From a virus (lineage: Duplodnaviria > Caudoviricetes): 54,776 bases of DNA. Below are positions 18,661 to 29,561 of the stretch, piece by piece. Each line of letters starts with the position of its first letter. Position 1 is the stretch's first letter. Made by a program: the position numbers and the translations under genes. The stretch covers positions 1 to 54,776 of IMG/VR virus record IMGVR_UViG_3300013132_000063; one strand, given 5' to 3'. The notes beneath the pieces were generated by a model. That model did no database searches. It was not told the origin of the DNA and saw only the letters and a list, made by a program, of their open reading frames with translations.

Positions 18661-21176
18661 TGGCCCGTGTTGACCTTGGTCGCCTTAGATTTGTATATCA
18701 AGGCGAGTATTCTGGTGCAACCGAGTACGAACTTAACGATGTAGTTAAGTATGGTGGCAATGTATACGTTTATAAGTATGCCACAGCCGCAACTGGTTAT
18801 GTCCCAACTAACACATCTTACTGGGACCTTATGGTTCCTGGTTTCAAATTTGAAGGCGTTTATGCTTCTGGAACTGCTTACCAGCCAGGAGATGTAGTTA
18901 CTTATGGTGGTTTAGCATATATTTGTATTCTTACCTCTACTGGTAATGCTCCTACTAATGCAACTTATTGGTCAACAATTGCTGAAGGTATTCAATTTGA
19001 AGGTACTTGGAGTAGTGGAACTAATTATCAAGAAAGTGATGTTGTAACTTACGGCGGCAATGTTTATATTGCTTTGCGAGACACTGTCGCAGATGAGCCA
19101 GATGTAAGCGCATCAGACTGGGCTGTTCTTACTGAAGGAATGAATTGGAGAGGCGCTTGGAGCGGCTCTGTTGTTTATTATATAAATGATGTTGTTGCTC
19201 GTGGTGGAATTACTTATGTTTGTTTAGTAAGACATACCTCTGGAACTTTCCAAACTGATTTATCAGCAAGCAGGTGGGCTGTACTTACTGAAGGATTTAG
19301 ATGGCGCGGTGAGTGGGCAGGAAACACTACTTACCTTATTAATGACCTTGTGTATTATGGAGTAAGCACATACAGAGCAAGTGCTGAATTTACTTCTGAC
19401 GCTACAACTTTTGAAGATGACGAAGATTGGGAATTATTTGCACTTGGTGCAGATATTCCATCTCAAGCATCAAACACTGGAAACTTTTTAAGTACAGATG
19501 GAAGCAGCCTTATCTGGGCTGAAGTAGATGCTTTTCCTTCTCAGGCAAATAATGCTGGCAAAATTTTAGTTACTGACGGAACTAACGTCTCTTGGTCAAC
19601 TACTGTAAGTGAACTTACAGCAAACGTAGGAAGCATCTCTGCTAAAACTGGATTATCAGCCGCAAATAATGCATTTACTGTTGATGGAGCAACTGCAAAT
19701 GTAAATACAACTGGTGAACTTAGCGTAACTGGTGAATCTACATTTTTGTCAACTACTTTTCACGGCGCAAATGCTGAGAGTTTTTCTAACTCAGCGTCGC
19801 TAACAAATCCAATTGCTGTTTTTAATATTAACGCAAATGATTATGCTCAAGTATCAATTCATAATAGCGGAACAAATGTTAATTCTTCCTCTGACTTAAT
19901 TATTTATACAAATGATGGTGACGATACCGCTGGTTGGATTGATATGGGTATTACATCATCTAACTTCAATGACCCTTCATTTACTATTACTGGTGCTCAT
20001 GATGGTTATATTTTTATGGAAGCGCCAATCAACGCAAGTGGAACTGGAAACTTAGTTTTTGCTACTGGCGGTAATGGAACAGAAAATAAAATTATTTTTG
20101 CTGCTGGTGGTTTGCAGAGCGATGACACTCAGATGGAGATTACTCCAGATGTAAATGTTCACGTTGAAATTGATACTCCTTCAACTAGCCCAACTACTGG
20201 TGCTTTCACCGTTGTGGGTGGCGTAGGTATTCAAGGTGATATGAACATTCAAGGAAATGTTGATATCGAGGGAACAATTACTTTTGGTGGTGGCGGAACA
20301 ACCGTTGAGACTCAGAACTTGGCTGTTACTGACCCGTTTGTATTTGTTGGTTCAGGCAATCAAGCAGATATTGTTGACCTTGCCTTTATTGGTGAGTACG
20401 CCACAACAATTTCAACAATTACTAGAACTGTAAGCAATAAAGAACTTACAAACAATGTAGCAACTTTGACTACAACTGCAGCACATACTTTCTTAGTAGG
20501 AGATGTTGTAGTAGTTACTGGAGTAGACGCCACATTCAATGGTACATACTCAATTACTGCTGTAACTTCAACTACATTTACTTATGCTAAGACTGCATCA
20601 AACGTAGCATCAGCAGTAGGAAGCGGAACTGCTGAAGTATCAGCACGACGCAAGTTTTCTGGTGTTGCTCGTGATGCTAGCGATGGGGTTATCAAGTTCT
20701 TCAAAGATGCCACTACAAAACCAACTACAACAGTTGATTTTGCTGAAGCAGGTCTTGCTTACGCAAGCATAAAAGTTCTTGGTATTGATGCTACAGGAAC
20801 AGTAACTCTTTCAAGTAATACATCTATTGGAGATGTAAGTTCTACAGAACTTGGGTATCTCAATGGTGTAACAAGTGCTATTCAAACTCAAATTGATAAC
20901 AAACAAAGTGTTGTAGCAAACGTAAGTGATACCGAGATTGGGTATTTGAATGGTGTAACTAGCCTTATTCAGACTCAGTTGGATGGAAAAATCAGTGCAT
21001 CTATTATCAATGCTGCTGGTGATTTGCTTATTGGCAGTGCTAACGACACAGTAGTTCGTCTCGGCATTGGTGCAAACGGCACAGTGCTCACAAGTGATGG
21101 AACTACCGCAACATGGGCTGCGTCAACTGGTGGCGGAGCCTCTCTATCATCTATCTTTATGTTAATGGGAGCGTAA
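18660..21176 (+). CDS. Tail fibre/adhesin with five CBM5/12-like repeats
   Basis: Repeats GxY/WxxxxxYxxxDVVxYGGxxY...W; paralog of 25326-29543; ends in hydrophobic SIFMLMGA. Confidence 0.8.
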   Translation: MARVDLGRLRFVYQGEYSGATEYELNDVVKYGGNVYVYKYATAATGYVPTNTSYWDLMVPGFKFEGVYASGTAYQPGDVVTYGGLAYICILTSTGNAPTNATYWSTIAEGIQFEGTWSSGTNYQESDVVTYGGNVYIALRDTVADEPDVSASDWAVLTEGMNWRGAWSGSVVYYINDVVARGGITYVCLVRHTSGTFQTDLSASRWAVLTEGFRWRGEWAGNTTYLINDLVYYGVSTYRASAEFTSDATTFEDDEDWELFALGADIPSQASNTGNFLSTDGSSLIWAEVDAFPSQANNAGKILVTDGTNVSWSTTVSELTANVGSISAKTGLSAANNAFTVDGATANVNTTGELSVTGESTFLSTTFHGANAESFSNSASLTNPIAVFNINANDYAQVSIHNSGTNVNSSSDLIIYTNDGDDTAGWIDMGITSSNFNDPSFTITGAHDGYIFMEAPINASGTGNLVFATGGNGTENKIIFAAGGLQSDDTQMEITPDVNVHVEIDTPSTSPTTGAFTVVGGVGIQGDMNIQGNVDIEGTITFGGGGTTVETQNLAVTDPFVFVGSGNQADIVDLAFIGEYATTISTITRTVSNKELTNNVATLTTTAAHTFLVGDVVVVTGVDATFNGTYSITAVTSTTFTYAKTASNVASAVGSGTAEVSARRKFSGVARDASDGVIKFFKDATTKPTTTVDFAEAGLAYASIKVLGIDATGTVTLSSNTSIGDVSSTELGYLNGVTSAIQTQIDNKQSVVANVSDTEIGYLNGVTSLIQTQLDGKISASIINAAGDLLIGSANDTVVRLGIGANGTVLTSDGTTATWAASTGGGASLSSIFMLMGA

Positions 21177-21180
21177 AACT

Positions 21181-21519
21181 ATGCCAACAGTATACAAAGT
21201 ATTAGGTCGCAAAGCATCAGCCGCGACCACAGAAGAGGAATTATATACAGTTCCTTCAGCAACAGAAGCAGTGGTTTCTACACTTGTTGTATGTAACCGC
21301 TCTGCTTCAGCACGCACATACCGAATTTCAATAAAGCCAACAGCAGCAACATCAATTGCTGATGAGCACTACATTGCTTATGATGTTCCAATTGCAGCCA
21401 ATGACTCAACTGCGTTGACTCTTGGTATCACTCTTGCTGCTAATAATGCAATTCGTGTCTATGCTTCAGCCTCATCTTCTTTAACTTTTACAGCCTTTGG
21501 TTCTGAAATAACCGCTTAG
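21181..21519 (+). CDS. Small beta-sandwich virion/connector protein
   Basis: LYTVP...VVSTLVVCN...YIAYDVPI...FGSEI; paralog of 24163 and 24502. Confidence 0.75.
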   Translation: MPTVYKVLGRKASAATTEEELYTVPSATEAVVSTLVVCNRSASARTYRISIKPTAATSIADEHYIAYDVPIAANDSTALTLGITLAANNAIRVYASASSSLTFTAFGSEITA

Positions 21520-21546
21520 TTTTTAAAAGAAAGGACGTTATAGACA

Positions 21547-22458
21547 ATGGCTGTGTCTGGGTTTTCTGACTCTTTACTTAGCAGAAATTTTCCTAAATCA
21601 TTTTATTTTGCTAGAAAAGTTATTGTTGATTTTTTAGTTATTGGTGGTGGCGGAAGTGGAGGCGGTAGCGATGTTGGTGGTGGCGGTGGCGCAGGTGGTT
21701 ATAGAACTTCCTATGGAACTTCTGGCGGAAACAGTTCTGCTGAAGATAAATTAACATTTCTTGCTGGTACAACATATACAATTTCCATTGGTGGCGGTGG
21801 TAGCGGATTAACTTCTGCAGTTCAAGGAAATACTGGTACTAGTTCATCTTTATCTGGAAGTGGAATAACAACAATAACGTCTAATGGTGGCGGTGGTGGA
21901 GGAAAAGGAAACGGAAATAATTCCAGTAATGGAGTAGGTTTGTCAGGTGGTTCTGGTGGTGGCGGCGGCTGGGGTGGTCGTGCTGGAGGAAGTCCCACAA
22001 GTAATCAAGGATTTTCTGGAGGAACAGCAAATGGTACGCAGTCAGCATCTACTGGTTCTGGTGGTGGCGGCGGCGCTGGGGCTGCTGGTGAAAACGGACA
22101 AGGTACTCCACCTAACGGTCGAGGAGGAGAAGGAGGTAAGGGCCTTCCTTCATTTATAACGGGTTCTTATGTCTATCGTGCTGGCGGGGGAGGTGCTGGA
22201 GGAGACTATTATCCTGGAAGAGGTGGAGCAGGTGGTGGTGGAATTGGTGGCGTAAGTGGTGCTGGAACTTCTGCTGATGCTAATACTGGAAGTGGTGGAG
22301 GCGGTGCTAAAGGATTTGGAACTGGAAACTCTGGAGCAGGAGGTTCTGGACTAGTAGTTATCCGTGCATCTGTACAGGCTGCTTCAACAACAGGTTCTCC
22401 TTCAAATCCAAGTACAGGAATTTATATATTTACTGGGGACGGGAGTATTACTTTCTAA
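21547..22458 (+). CDS. Glycine-rich (polyglycine II) adhesin-like protein
   Basis: VDFLVIGGGG...ANTGSGGGG...GGSGLVVIR architecture. Confidence 0.8.
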   Translation: MAVSGFSDSLLSRNFPKSFYFARKVIVDFLVIGGGGSGGGSDVGGGGGAGGYRTSYGTSGGNSSAEDKLTFLAGTTYTISIGGGGSGLTSAVQGNTGTSSSLSGSGITTITSNGGGGGGKGNGNNSSNGVGLSGGSGGGGGWGGRAGGSPTSNQGFSGGTANGTQSASTGSGGGGGAGAAGENGQGTPPNGRGGEGGKGLPSFITGSYVYRAGGGGAGGDYYPGRGGAGGGGIGGVSGAGTSADANTGSGGGGAKGFGTGNSGAGGSGLVVIRASVQAASTTGSPSNPSTGIYIFTGDGSITF

Positions 22459-23255
22459 TGGCTATTCGTAAACTTTCAACTTCAACAATTAAGTCTGGTG
22501 CAAAAGTATCTTCTGCCTGGGATAAAACTACCAACATATTAAGTGTTGAATTTCTTATTGTAGGTGGTGGCGGTGGAGGGTCAAAAAATAACTATGCTGG
22601 TGGTGGTGGTGGCGGAGGAGGAGTTGTTGAAGGAGTATTTACTCCAACTAAAGGCACTTCTTATGCAGTTGTTATTGGTAATGGTGGAACTGGCGCTACA
22701 TCTTATAATGCTGTTGGAACTGATGGACAAAGTTCTTCTATATTTGGAATTACAGCAGGTGGAGGAAATGGAGATAACCTTAATGAAAATCCTAGTGGCT
22801 CCCCTCAACTAACGTCACCAGGTTTTGGTCCAAGTGATGGAGAGGCTGCCTCTGGTGGTGGCGGTGCTGGAGGCGGCTCTACTGGAATTAATGGAGGACC
22901 TGGAATAGCGAGTTCAATTACTGGAAGTGCAGTTTTTTATGGTGGTGGCGGGGGAAGTGGAAGACGTAATGGAAGTCCACGCTCATCTGGTGGCACTGGT
23001 GGCGGTGGTGCTGGTTCAGATGCTGGAGGGGTAAATGCTGTTGCTGGTTCAAACAATACTGGTGGTGGTGGAGGCGGTGGAGCATCCTCTGGAGGTAATG
23101 CTGCTAATGGCGGTTCTGGAGTAGTTATAATTGCGTATCCAGACTCTTTTCCTGTACTTACATCTACAGACGCAGGGCTGTTTTATAGTCAACCACCACG
23201 TTCAGGTTATAGAGTTTATTCTTTTTATGGCGGCAGCGGTTCTATTGTTTTTTGA
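22458..23255 (+). CDS. Glycine-rich (polyglycine II) adhesin-like protein
   Basis: VEFLIVGGGG...NTGGGGGG...GGSGVVIIAY; paralog of the preceding gene. Confidence 0.8.
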   Translation: MAIRKLSTSTIKSGAKVSSAWDKTTNILSVEFLIVGGGGGGSKNNYAGGGGGGGGVVEGVFTPTKGTSYAVVIGNGGTGATSYNAVGTDGQSSSIFGITAGGGNGDNLNENPSGSPQLTSPGFGPSDGEAASGGGGAGGGSTGINGGPGIASSITGSAVFYGGGGGSGRRNGSPRSSGGTGGGGAGSDAGGVNAVAGSNNTGGGGGGGASSGGNAANGGSGVVIIAYPDSFPVLTSTDAGLFYSQPPRSGYRVYSFYGGSGSIVF

Positions 23256-23266
23256 GGAGTAGATAT

Positions 23267-23629
23267 ATGGCACACTTTGCAAAATTAAATGAAGACAACA
23301 ACGTGTTAGCAGTACATGTTGTAAATAATGATGTTATTACTGTTGATGGCAGCGAGTCAGAAGAAGCAGGTATTGACTTTTTAACATCACTACACGGATA
23401 TTCTTTGTGGAAGCAAACATCCTACAACGGAAGTTTCCGTAAAAACTATGCTGGAATTGGTTACACCTACGATGCTGGACGCGATGCTTTTATTCCTCCA
23501 AAACCTTTTGCGTCTTGGGTACTAAATGAGTCAACTTGCCAATGGGAAGCACCAACTCCAATGCCGACTGACGGAAAGCGTTATTCTTGGAACGAAGAAA
23601 ACCAAGAGTGGACTGAGATTGCAGGATAA
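23267..23629 (+). CDS. Hypothetical protein following the glycine-rich genes; possible fibre chaperone
   Basis: MAHFAKL...WKQTSYN..FRKNYAGIGYTYD..RDAFIPPKPF.SW; GAGGAG RBS favours ATG 23267. Confidence 0.75.
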   Translation: MAHFAKLNEDNNVLAVHVVNNDVITVDGSESEEAGIDFLTSLHGYSLWKQTSYNGSFRKNYAGIGYTYDAGRDAFIPPKPFASWVLNESTCQWEAPTPMPTDGKRYSWNEENQEWTEIAG

Positions 23630-23633
23630 ATAA

Positions 23634-24161
23634 ATGGCAATTGATTTTCCATCCTCACCCGCGCTCAACGAGCAGTACACCTATGGTGGACAAGTCTATG
23701 AGTGGAACGGCACTGTCTGGCGCCTTGTTCGTACATCAGCGGTTGGGCCTACTGGACCAACTGGTGCAAGTGGAACTGCGGGAGCAACTGGACCAACGGG
23801 TGCAAGTGGAACTGCGGGAGCAACTGGTGCGACTGGTGCTGCGGGAACCGCAGGTGCTACTGGTCCAACTGGACCAACGGGTGCAACAGGAGCGGCTGGA
23901 ACATCAGTAACAATTCTTGGAGAGTATGCAGATTTAGCAGCGCTACAAGCAGCACAACCAACTGGAAGTCCAGGAGATTCTTATTTAGTTGAATCTGGCG
24001 ACCTTTATGTGTGGTCTGCGAACACATCGCAGTGGGTAAATGTTGGTAATATTGAGGGACCGACTGGGCCAACGGGAGCCACTGGTGAGACTGGTCCTAC
24101 AGGACCCGCCGGTACTGCTTCAGATGCTGGCCTTGCTACTGCATGGTGGTTAGGAGTTTAA
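23634..24161 (+). CDS. Short collagen-like fibre protein 5
   Basis: MAIDFPSSP module, GPT/GAT runs, knob, hydrophobic end ATAWWLGV. Confidence 0.85.
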   Translation: MAIDFPSSPALNEQYTYGGQVYEWNGTVWRLVRTSAVGPTGPTGASGTAGATGPTGASGTAGATGATGAAGTAGATGPTGPTGATGAAGTSVTILGEYADLAALQAAQPTGSPGDSYLVESGDLYVWSANTSQWVNVGNIEGPTGPTGATGETGPTGPAGTASDAGLATAWWLGV

Positions 24162-24162
24162 C

Positions 24163-24489
24163 GTGGCTGCAATTGAACGTTTAGCAATTGTCAACCCTGC
24201 TGCTAACACCGCTAATGCTGCTTTTACAAGCGACAGTACTTTTTTGATTTCTGTTATCGCAACAAACAAGTCAACTACAAACAATGCCCTTATCTCTGTC
24301 TGGATATCGCCTCTAGGAGTTGATACAGAGGGTGACCGTGGTTATGTTGCCTATGAATTACCTCTTAGCGTTTCTAATACTTATGAGACTATCCGTTTTC
24401 CTGTTATCAATACAGATGTTGTTCGTGTTCAGGCAAGCACCGCAAATGTCTCCTTTATAATTGCTGGTATTGACCAGTTAGATGTGTGA
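24163..24489 (+). CDS. Small beta-sandwich virion/connector protein
   Basis: ISVIATN...YVAYELPL...DVVRVQAS; paralog of 21181. Confidence 0.72.
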   Translation: MAAIERLAIVNPAANTANAAFTSDSTFLISVIATNKSTTNNALISVWISPLGVDTEGDRGYVAYELPLSVSNTYETIRFPVINTDVVRVQASTANVSFIIAGIDQLDV

Positions 24490-24501
24490 GGGTAGGTAAA
24501 A

Positions 24502-25083
24502 ATGCCAGGATATGCTAGACAAACAAACACAGACACTAGCGGAGTTATCGCTACTACAACGGTTAGAAATGTCGGAGATTCGGAGCAATTACTCTATACC
24601 GCTACAAAGAAGTCTGAAGTTAGCGCAATTCAGGTAGCCAACCGTACAGGTGGGATTTTACCTATATCTGTATACGCAAAAAGAAGCGTCACCGCATCGG
24701 TGAGCAATAAGGCTTTGACCTCTAATGTGGCTACCCTAACGACCTCTGCTGCTCATAAACTTTTTATAGGAGATAGCGTTGTAGTTTCTTCTGTAGATGC
24801 TACTTTCAACGGCACTTATACAATTACCGCAGTACCTACAACCACTACTTTTAGATATGCCAAGACTGCCTCTAATGTAGCCTCAGCCGCAGTTAGCCCC
24901 GCTGGGACCGCTGCCGTTTCAGCAATTTTCTATCTAGCAAAGGATTTAAGAGTTGATAATGGAAGCAAAGCAAATATTGTTGATAGTCCATTTTCAGTAG
25001 TTGCAACTGATGCTTTATATGCTATTTCAGGAGTAGAAAACGCTTTTGATGTGATACTATCTATCCAGGAAGGTGTAGACTAA
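24502..25083 (+). CDS. Connector-family protein carrying an inserted ~65-aa SNKALTSNVATLTT module
   Basis: LLYTA...VSAIQVAN and YLAKDLRV halves flank the inserted module. Confidence 0.75.
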   Translation: MPGYARQTNTDTSGVIATTTVRNVGDSEQLLYTATKKSEVSAIQVANRTGGILPISVYAKRSVTASVSNKALTSNVATLTTSAAHKLFIGDSVVVSSVDATFNGTYTITAVPTTTTFRYAKTASNVASAAVSPAGTAAVSAIFYLAKDLRVDNGSKANIVDSPFSVVATDALYAISGVENAFDVILSIQEGVD

Positions 25084-25084
25084 T

Positions 25085-25324
25085 ATGGCTGATGACGTTC
25101 CAAGCATTGACGACATTGCTAATAAGACCTTTTACGGTTTTAAGTACAATGTTGATACTGCTCGCTTAACTGTAGAGAAAATCAATGATGGAAGTCCAGT
25201 ACGTCTACCCAACGCTGAGTTTGTAAGAGAAGATGACTACAAACACTGGCTTTGGACTCGTAATACTTTAGGTTTTAATTGGAATTCAAGTAACTTGACC
25301 CGCCTACTTTTGGAGGTAGTGTAA
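25085..25324 (+). CDS. Small adaptor-like protein
   Basis: TFYGF...DDYKHWLW..NTLGFNWN...LLLEV matches the C-terminus of 17692-18660. Confidence 0.75.
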   Translation: MADDVPSIDDIANKTFYGFKYNVDTARLTVEKINDGSPVRLPNAEFVREDDYKHWLWTRNTLGFNWNSSNLTRLLLEVV

Positions 25325-25325
25325 T

Positions 25326-28300
25326 ATGACACAAGTCATTGACTTGGGAAAACTCCGCTTCTATTGGGCGGGAGAATATAACTCAGAAACAGTCTACGAA
25401 GTAAACGATGTAGTCAAGTACGGTGGTAACGTCTACGTTTACACCTACACCCTCGCTGAAGCAGCACACACTCCAACAGATACTGGCTACTGGGCACTAA
25501 TGATTTCAGGTCTCAAGTTTGAGGGCGAATACAACAACGCTACAACTTATCAAGTTGGAGATGGCGTTGCCTACGGCGGTATTGTTTATATTGCTGTTGC
25601 TGACACTACTGGCAACCCTCCACCAAATGCTACATATTGGTCACAGTTTGCAGATGGTATTCAGTACGAAGGAAGTTATGCAGGGGGAACTACTTATCAA
25701 CTTAATGACGTTGTAACTTATGGCGGTAAGGCATATATCGCAACAGCACTTACTACTGGAAATGTTCCAACAAATGGTTCATATTGGAATCTTTTTGTTG
25801 ATGGTGTTCGCGGCCTGGGCAACTATGCAAACGGAACTGCCTATCTTCCAGGAGATATCGTTTCCTACGGTGGAAATGCTTATGTAAACATTCTTACAAG
25901 CACTGGAAATATCCCAACTAACGCAACTTATTGGACTCTTCTTAACTCTGGTATAAAATTTATTGGTGCTTATGACCCTGCAACTGCGTATAAAATTAAT
26001 GAAATTGTTACTTATGGCGCAAAACTTTTTGTTGCAATAGGTGCAACTACTGGCAATCTTCCAACTAACGCAACTTATTGGACTCAATTAGTTGATGGTA
26101 TTAGCGCAGAGGGTGTTTATAACTCTGGAACTGCCTATACTCCTGGAGACCTAGTTGCCTATGGCGCAAATATCTACAAATGTATTTTAGCAAGCACTGG
26201 AAATCTTCCAACTAACGCTACATATTTTTCTACTTTTATTACTTCTATTCAAAGCGCTGGCGCTTGGTCTAGCGCTACAACTTACTACTTAGGCGACCTT
26301 GTAACTTATGGTGGCGCTAATGTTTATATTGCTCTTCGTGAGACTGTAAATGATGCTCCAGATGTTTCAACATCTGATTGGCAAGCATTTCTTGATGGCA
26401 TAGATGCCAGAGGAAACTGGGCAACTTCTACCACTTACTACATCAATGATGTTGTAACTCGTGGTGGCTCAACTTATCGTGCTCTGGAGCGTCATGCTTC
26501 TGGAACTTTTGCTACTGACCTTGCTGCTAATAAGTGGGTTAAGTACAACTCAGGTATTCGCTGGAGAGGTGAATGGCAAGCCGCTACTGTTTACTTGATT
26601 GATGATTTGGTTTACAACGGCGTAAGCACATACATTGCTACTGCTGACTTTACTTCAGATGCTTCTGACTTTGACAATGATACTGATTGGGACTTGCTCT
26701 CACTTGGTGCTGACAACCTTCCTAGTCAGGCAGGAAATAATGGAAAGTTCCTTTCTACAAACGGAACTACCCCTGTCTGGGCTGATAGTGGAAGCCTAGA
26801 GTCTTTGACTGTTGGCGAAGGTCTTGAAGTTCTTGGAGACATTCTTTCTCGTGGAGATGTGACTGTCTCTTCTCGTCTTATGAACGTAGTGAACAAAATT
26901 AAGACTAATAACGTAGCAACTCTTACTACAGACGAAAATCACTACTTTGATGCTGGAGATAGCGTTGTAGTTGCTGGTATGGGTGCTGATTTTGATGGAG
27001 CCTACTCAATTAGTACAACTCCAACAGACACAACATTTACTTACACAAAGGCTGGAGCAAACGTAGGAACTGCTGCTGTATCTGGAGCAACAGCAACAGT
27101 AACAGGAGTATTTTCTACTACTGGAAGTGCAACTGTAGGTTCTAACTTAACTGTAACTGGAGATGCTAGCGTAACTGGAGATTTGTATGTTGGTAGCGGG
27201 GCTCAGAACTTTGAGAACACTGCTACTCTAACAAATACTATTGCTGTAGGTGCTGGAAATACGAACGCATTCGTACAGTTCTCAATTATTAACTTGAATG
27301 ATGGAACTGGTGCTTCTACTGACTTTATTGCCTATGCTGACAATGGAGAAAATGACAACGGCTGGATTGATATGGGTATCGCTTCCAGCACATTTGATGA
27401 TGCCACATATGGAATTACTGGTCCAAATGATGGCTACATCTTTATGTCTGCTCCTGCCCCAACCGCAGCAAACGTGTCAAACAAAGTTTTGACAGATAAC
27501 GTAGTAACACTAACAACAAGTGCTGCTCACGGCTTTAGTGCTTCTGATTCAGTAGCAATTACTGGCGTGGATGCTACCTTCAACGGTACTTACACAATCA
27601 CTTCTGTACCTACAGCAACAACATTTACTTACGCTAAGACTGCGGCTAACGTAGCAAGCGCTGTTGTAAGCCCTGTAGGTGTAGCAACTCGCTATACAGG
27701 TGAAGGTAACTTGGTATTGGCAACGGACTCCAGTGGTTCTGCTAACAAGATTGTTTTTGCTGCTGGAGGACTTGAATCAGGCACTGAGCAGATGAGCATT
27801 ACTCCTGATACTAACGTTCACATTGAAATTGCTACTTCTTCAACAAATGCCACAACTGGTGCTTTGACCGTTGTTGGTGGTATTGGAAGCAATGGCGATA
27901 TTTCAATCAACGGAACATTCCGTTCAGAAGACCCAATCTTCATTGGAACTGGCGCTGAAGCGTTTGAGACAAGTGGTGGATTGACTGATGCAATGATGGT
28001 TGTCAACAATGCTGACAACACCGCAGCAAGTTCATTCTCTCAGATTGCCTTCCGCAATACTGATGCAACATCTTCAACCGACATGATTGTCTACATGGAC
28101 AATGGTAATGACAACAATGGTTGGATGGGCATGGGTATTACAGGCTCACTCTTTGATGATGCCACATATGGAATTACTAACCCTGGCGATGGATATATCT
28201 TCCACGAAACAGTAAGCAATGCTTACACAGGAAATATGGTTTTTGCTACTGGCGCTGCTGGTTCTGAGAACAAGATTATTTTTGCCGCAGGTGGTTTTGA

Positions 28301-29543
28301 CTCTGGTCTAACCCAGATGGAAATTACTCCAGATTTAAATGTTCATATTGAAATTGATACTCCTTCAACCTCTCCTACAACTGGAGCGCTAACTGTAGTT
28401 GGTGGTGTGGGTGTTCAAGGAGACTTGAATATTCAAGGTAGCGTAGATATTGAAGGTACTATCGTATTTGGTGGTGGTGGAACTACTGTTTCTGCCGCAA
28501 ACCTATCTGTTACAGACCCATTCGTATTCGTAGGTGCTGGAAACCAAGCAAATATTCTTGACCTTGGATTTATTACTGAGCACACTGTTACAGTAGGTGC
28601 GATAACAAACACAATCACAAACAAGGCTCTTACAAACAATTTAGCAACACTAACAACTGCAAGCGCACACACATACCGTGTTGGCGACGTTGTAGTGGTT
28701 GCCTCAGAGGATGCAACCTTCAACGGAACATACTCAATCTTAACTATTCCTTCAAACGTAACCTTTACTTACACGAAGACCAATGCTAACGTAGCATCTG
28801 TTGCTGGCTCTGGAACAGGTACAACCTCTGTCACTAATCGTCGTGTATTTGACGGTATTGCTCTTGATGCTACAGATAACGTAATCAAATTCTTCCAAAA
28901 TGCGGTAACAAAGCCAGTCTCAACAGTTAACTTTGCTGAAGAGGGGCTTACTTACGCAGACATCAAGGTAGATGATATTGATGCTGACGCAATTACTGGT
29001 AGTGGAAACTTGGCAATTGCTACGGACAAGTTAGTTGTAAACGCTTCAAGCGGTGCTGTCAGCATAAATGATGCTTTGACTGTGGGCGGACTTGCTACCT
29101 TCAACGGTGGGCTTAGCACCTCTAACACAGCAACCTTTACTGGTGGAGCAGTGTTTAGCGGAACTACAGATGTTCAGGAACTTCGTGAACAGGTAGTAAA
29201 CCCAAGCATTGTTTCTAACGCAGCAACTCTTGTGTGGACTGATGGAAATATTTTCTACACAGATGCTTCTAGCGCTGGTGCAAACATTACTTACAACGTA
29301 ACTGGTGTGCCTACAGATGTCAATAAGATTATGACAATCAACATATTCCAAGTTCAAGGTTCAACAGGAAGAATTCCTGGAGCCTTCCAAATTGATGGTG
29401 CCGCTCAAACAATTAAGTGGGTTGGCGGTTCTGCTCCTACTCCTACATCTAGTGCTGGTAAGATTGACGTGTTCTCGTTCACGATGCATCGTCTTGCTGG
29501 CGGTACTTGGAACGTTTACGGTTCATCTTCACTGAACTTCTAA
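25326..29543 (+). CDS. Long tail fibre/adhesin, 1405 aa, with nine CBM5/12-like repeats
   Basis: IDLGKLRF start, nine repeats, duplicated GWxxMGI domain, three inserted modules, C-terminal IDVFSF domain. Confidence 0.82.
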   Translation: MTQVIDLGKLRFYWAGEYNSETVYEVNDVVKYGGNVYVYTYTLAEAAHTPTDTGYWALMISGLKFEGEYNNATTYQVGDGVAYGGIVYIAVADTTGNPPPNATYWSQFADGIQYEGSYAGGTTYQLNDVVTYGGKAYIATALTTGNVPTNGSYWNLFVDGVRGLGNYANGTAYLPGDIVSYGGNAYVNILTSTGNIPTNATYWTLLNSGIKFIGAYDPATAYKINEIVTYGAKLFVAIGATTGNLPTNATYWTQLVDGISAEGVYNSGTAYTPGDLVAYGANIYKCILASTGNLPTNATYFSTFITSIQSAGAWSSATTYYLGDLVTYGGANVYIALRETVNDAPDVSTSDWQAFLDGIDARGNWATSTTYYINDVVTRGGSTYRALERHASGTFATDLAANKWVKYNSGIRWRGEWQAATVYLIDDLVYNGVSTYIATADFTSDASDFDNDTDWDLLSLGADNLPSQAGNNGKFLSTNGTTPVWADSGSLESLTVGEGLEVLGDILSRGDVTVSSRLMNVVNKIKTNNVATLTTDENHYFDAGDSVVVAGMGADFDGAYSISTTPTDTTFTYTKAGANVGTAAVSGATATVTGVFSTTGSATVGSNLTVTGDASVTGDLYVGSGAQNFENTATLTNTIAVGAGNTNAFVQFSIINLNDGTGASTDFIAYADNGENDNGWIDMGIASSTFDDATYGITGPNDGYIFMSAPAPTAANVSNKVLTDNVVTLTTSAAHGFSASDSVAITGVDATFNGTYTITSVPTATTFTYAKTAANVASAVVSPVGVATRYTGEGNLVLATDSSGSANKIVFAAGGLESGTEQMSITPDTNVHIEIATSSTNATTGALTVVGGIGSNGDISINGTFRSEDPIFIGTGAEAFETSGGLTDAMMVVNNADNTAASSFSQIAFRNTDATSSTDMIVYMDNGNDNNGWMGMGITGSLFDDATYGITNPGDGYIFHETVSNAYTGNMVFATGAAGSENKIIFAAGGFDSGLTQMEITPDLNVHIEIDTPSTSPTTGALTVVGGVGVQGDLNIQGSVDIEGTIVFGGGGTTVSAANLSVTDPFVFVGAGNQANILDLGFITEHTVTVGAITNTITNKALTNNLATLTTASAHTYRVGDVVVVASEDATFNGTYSILTIPSNVTFTYTKTNANVASVAGSGTGTTSVTNRRVFDGIALDATDNVIKFFQNAVTKPVSTVNFAEEGLTYADIKVDDIDADAITGSGNLAIATDKLVVNASSGAVSINDALTVGGLATFNGGLSTSNTATFTGGAVFSGTTDVQELREQVVNPSIVSNAATLVWTDGNIFYTDASSAGANITYNVTGVPTDVNKIMTINIFQVQGSTGRIPGAFQIDGAAQTIKWVGGSAPTPTSSAGKIDVFSFTMHRLAGGTWNVYGSSSLNF

Positions 29544-29561
29544 TTGGTTAGGGGAAAGTAA

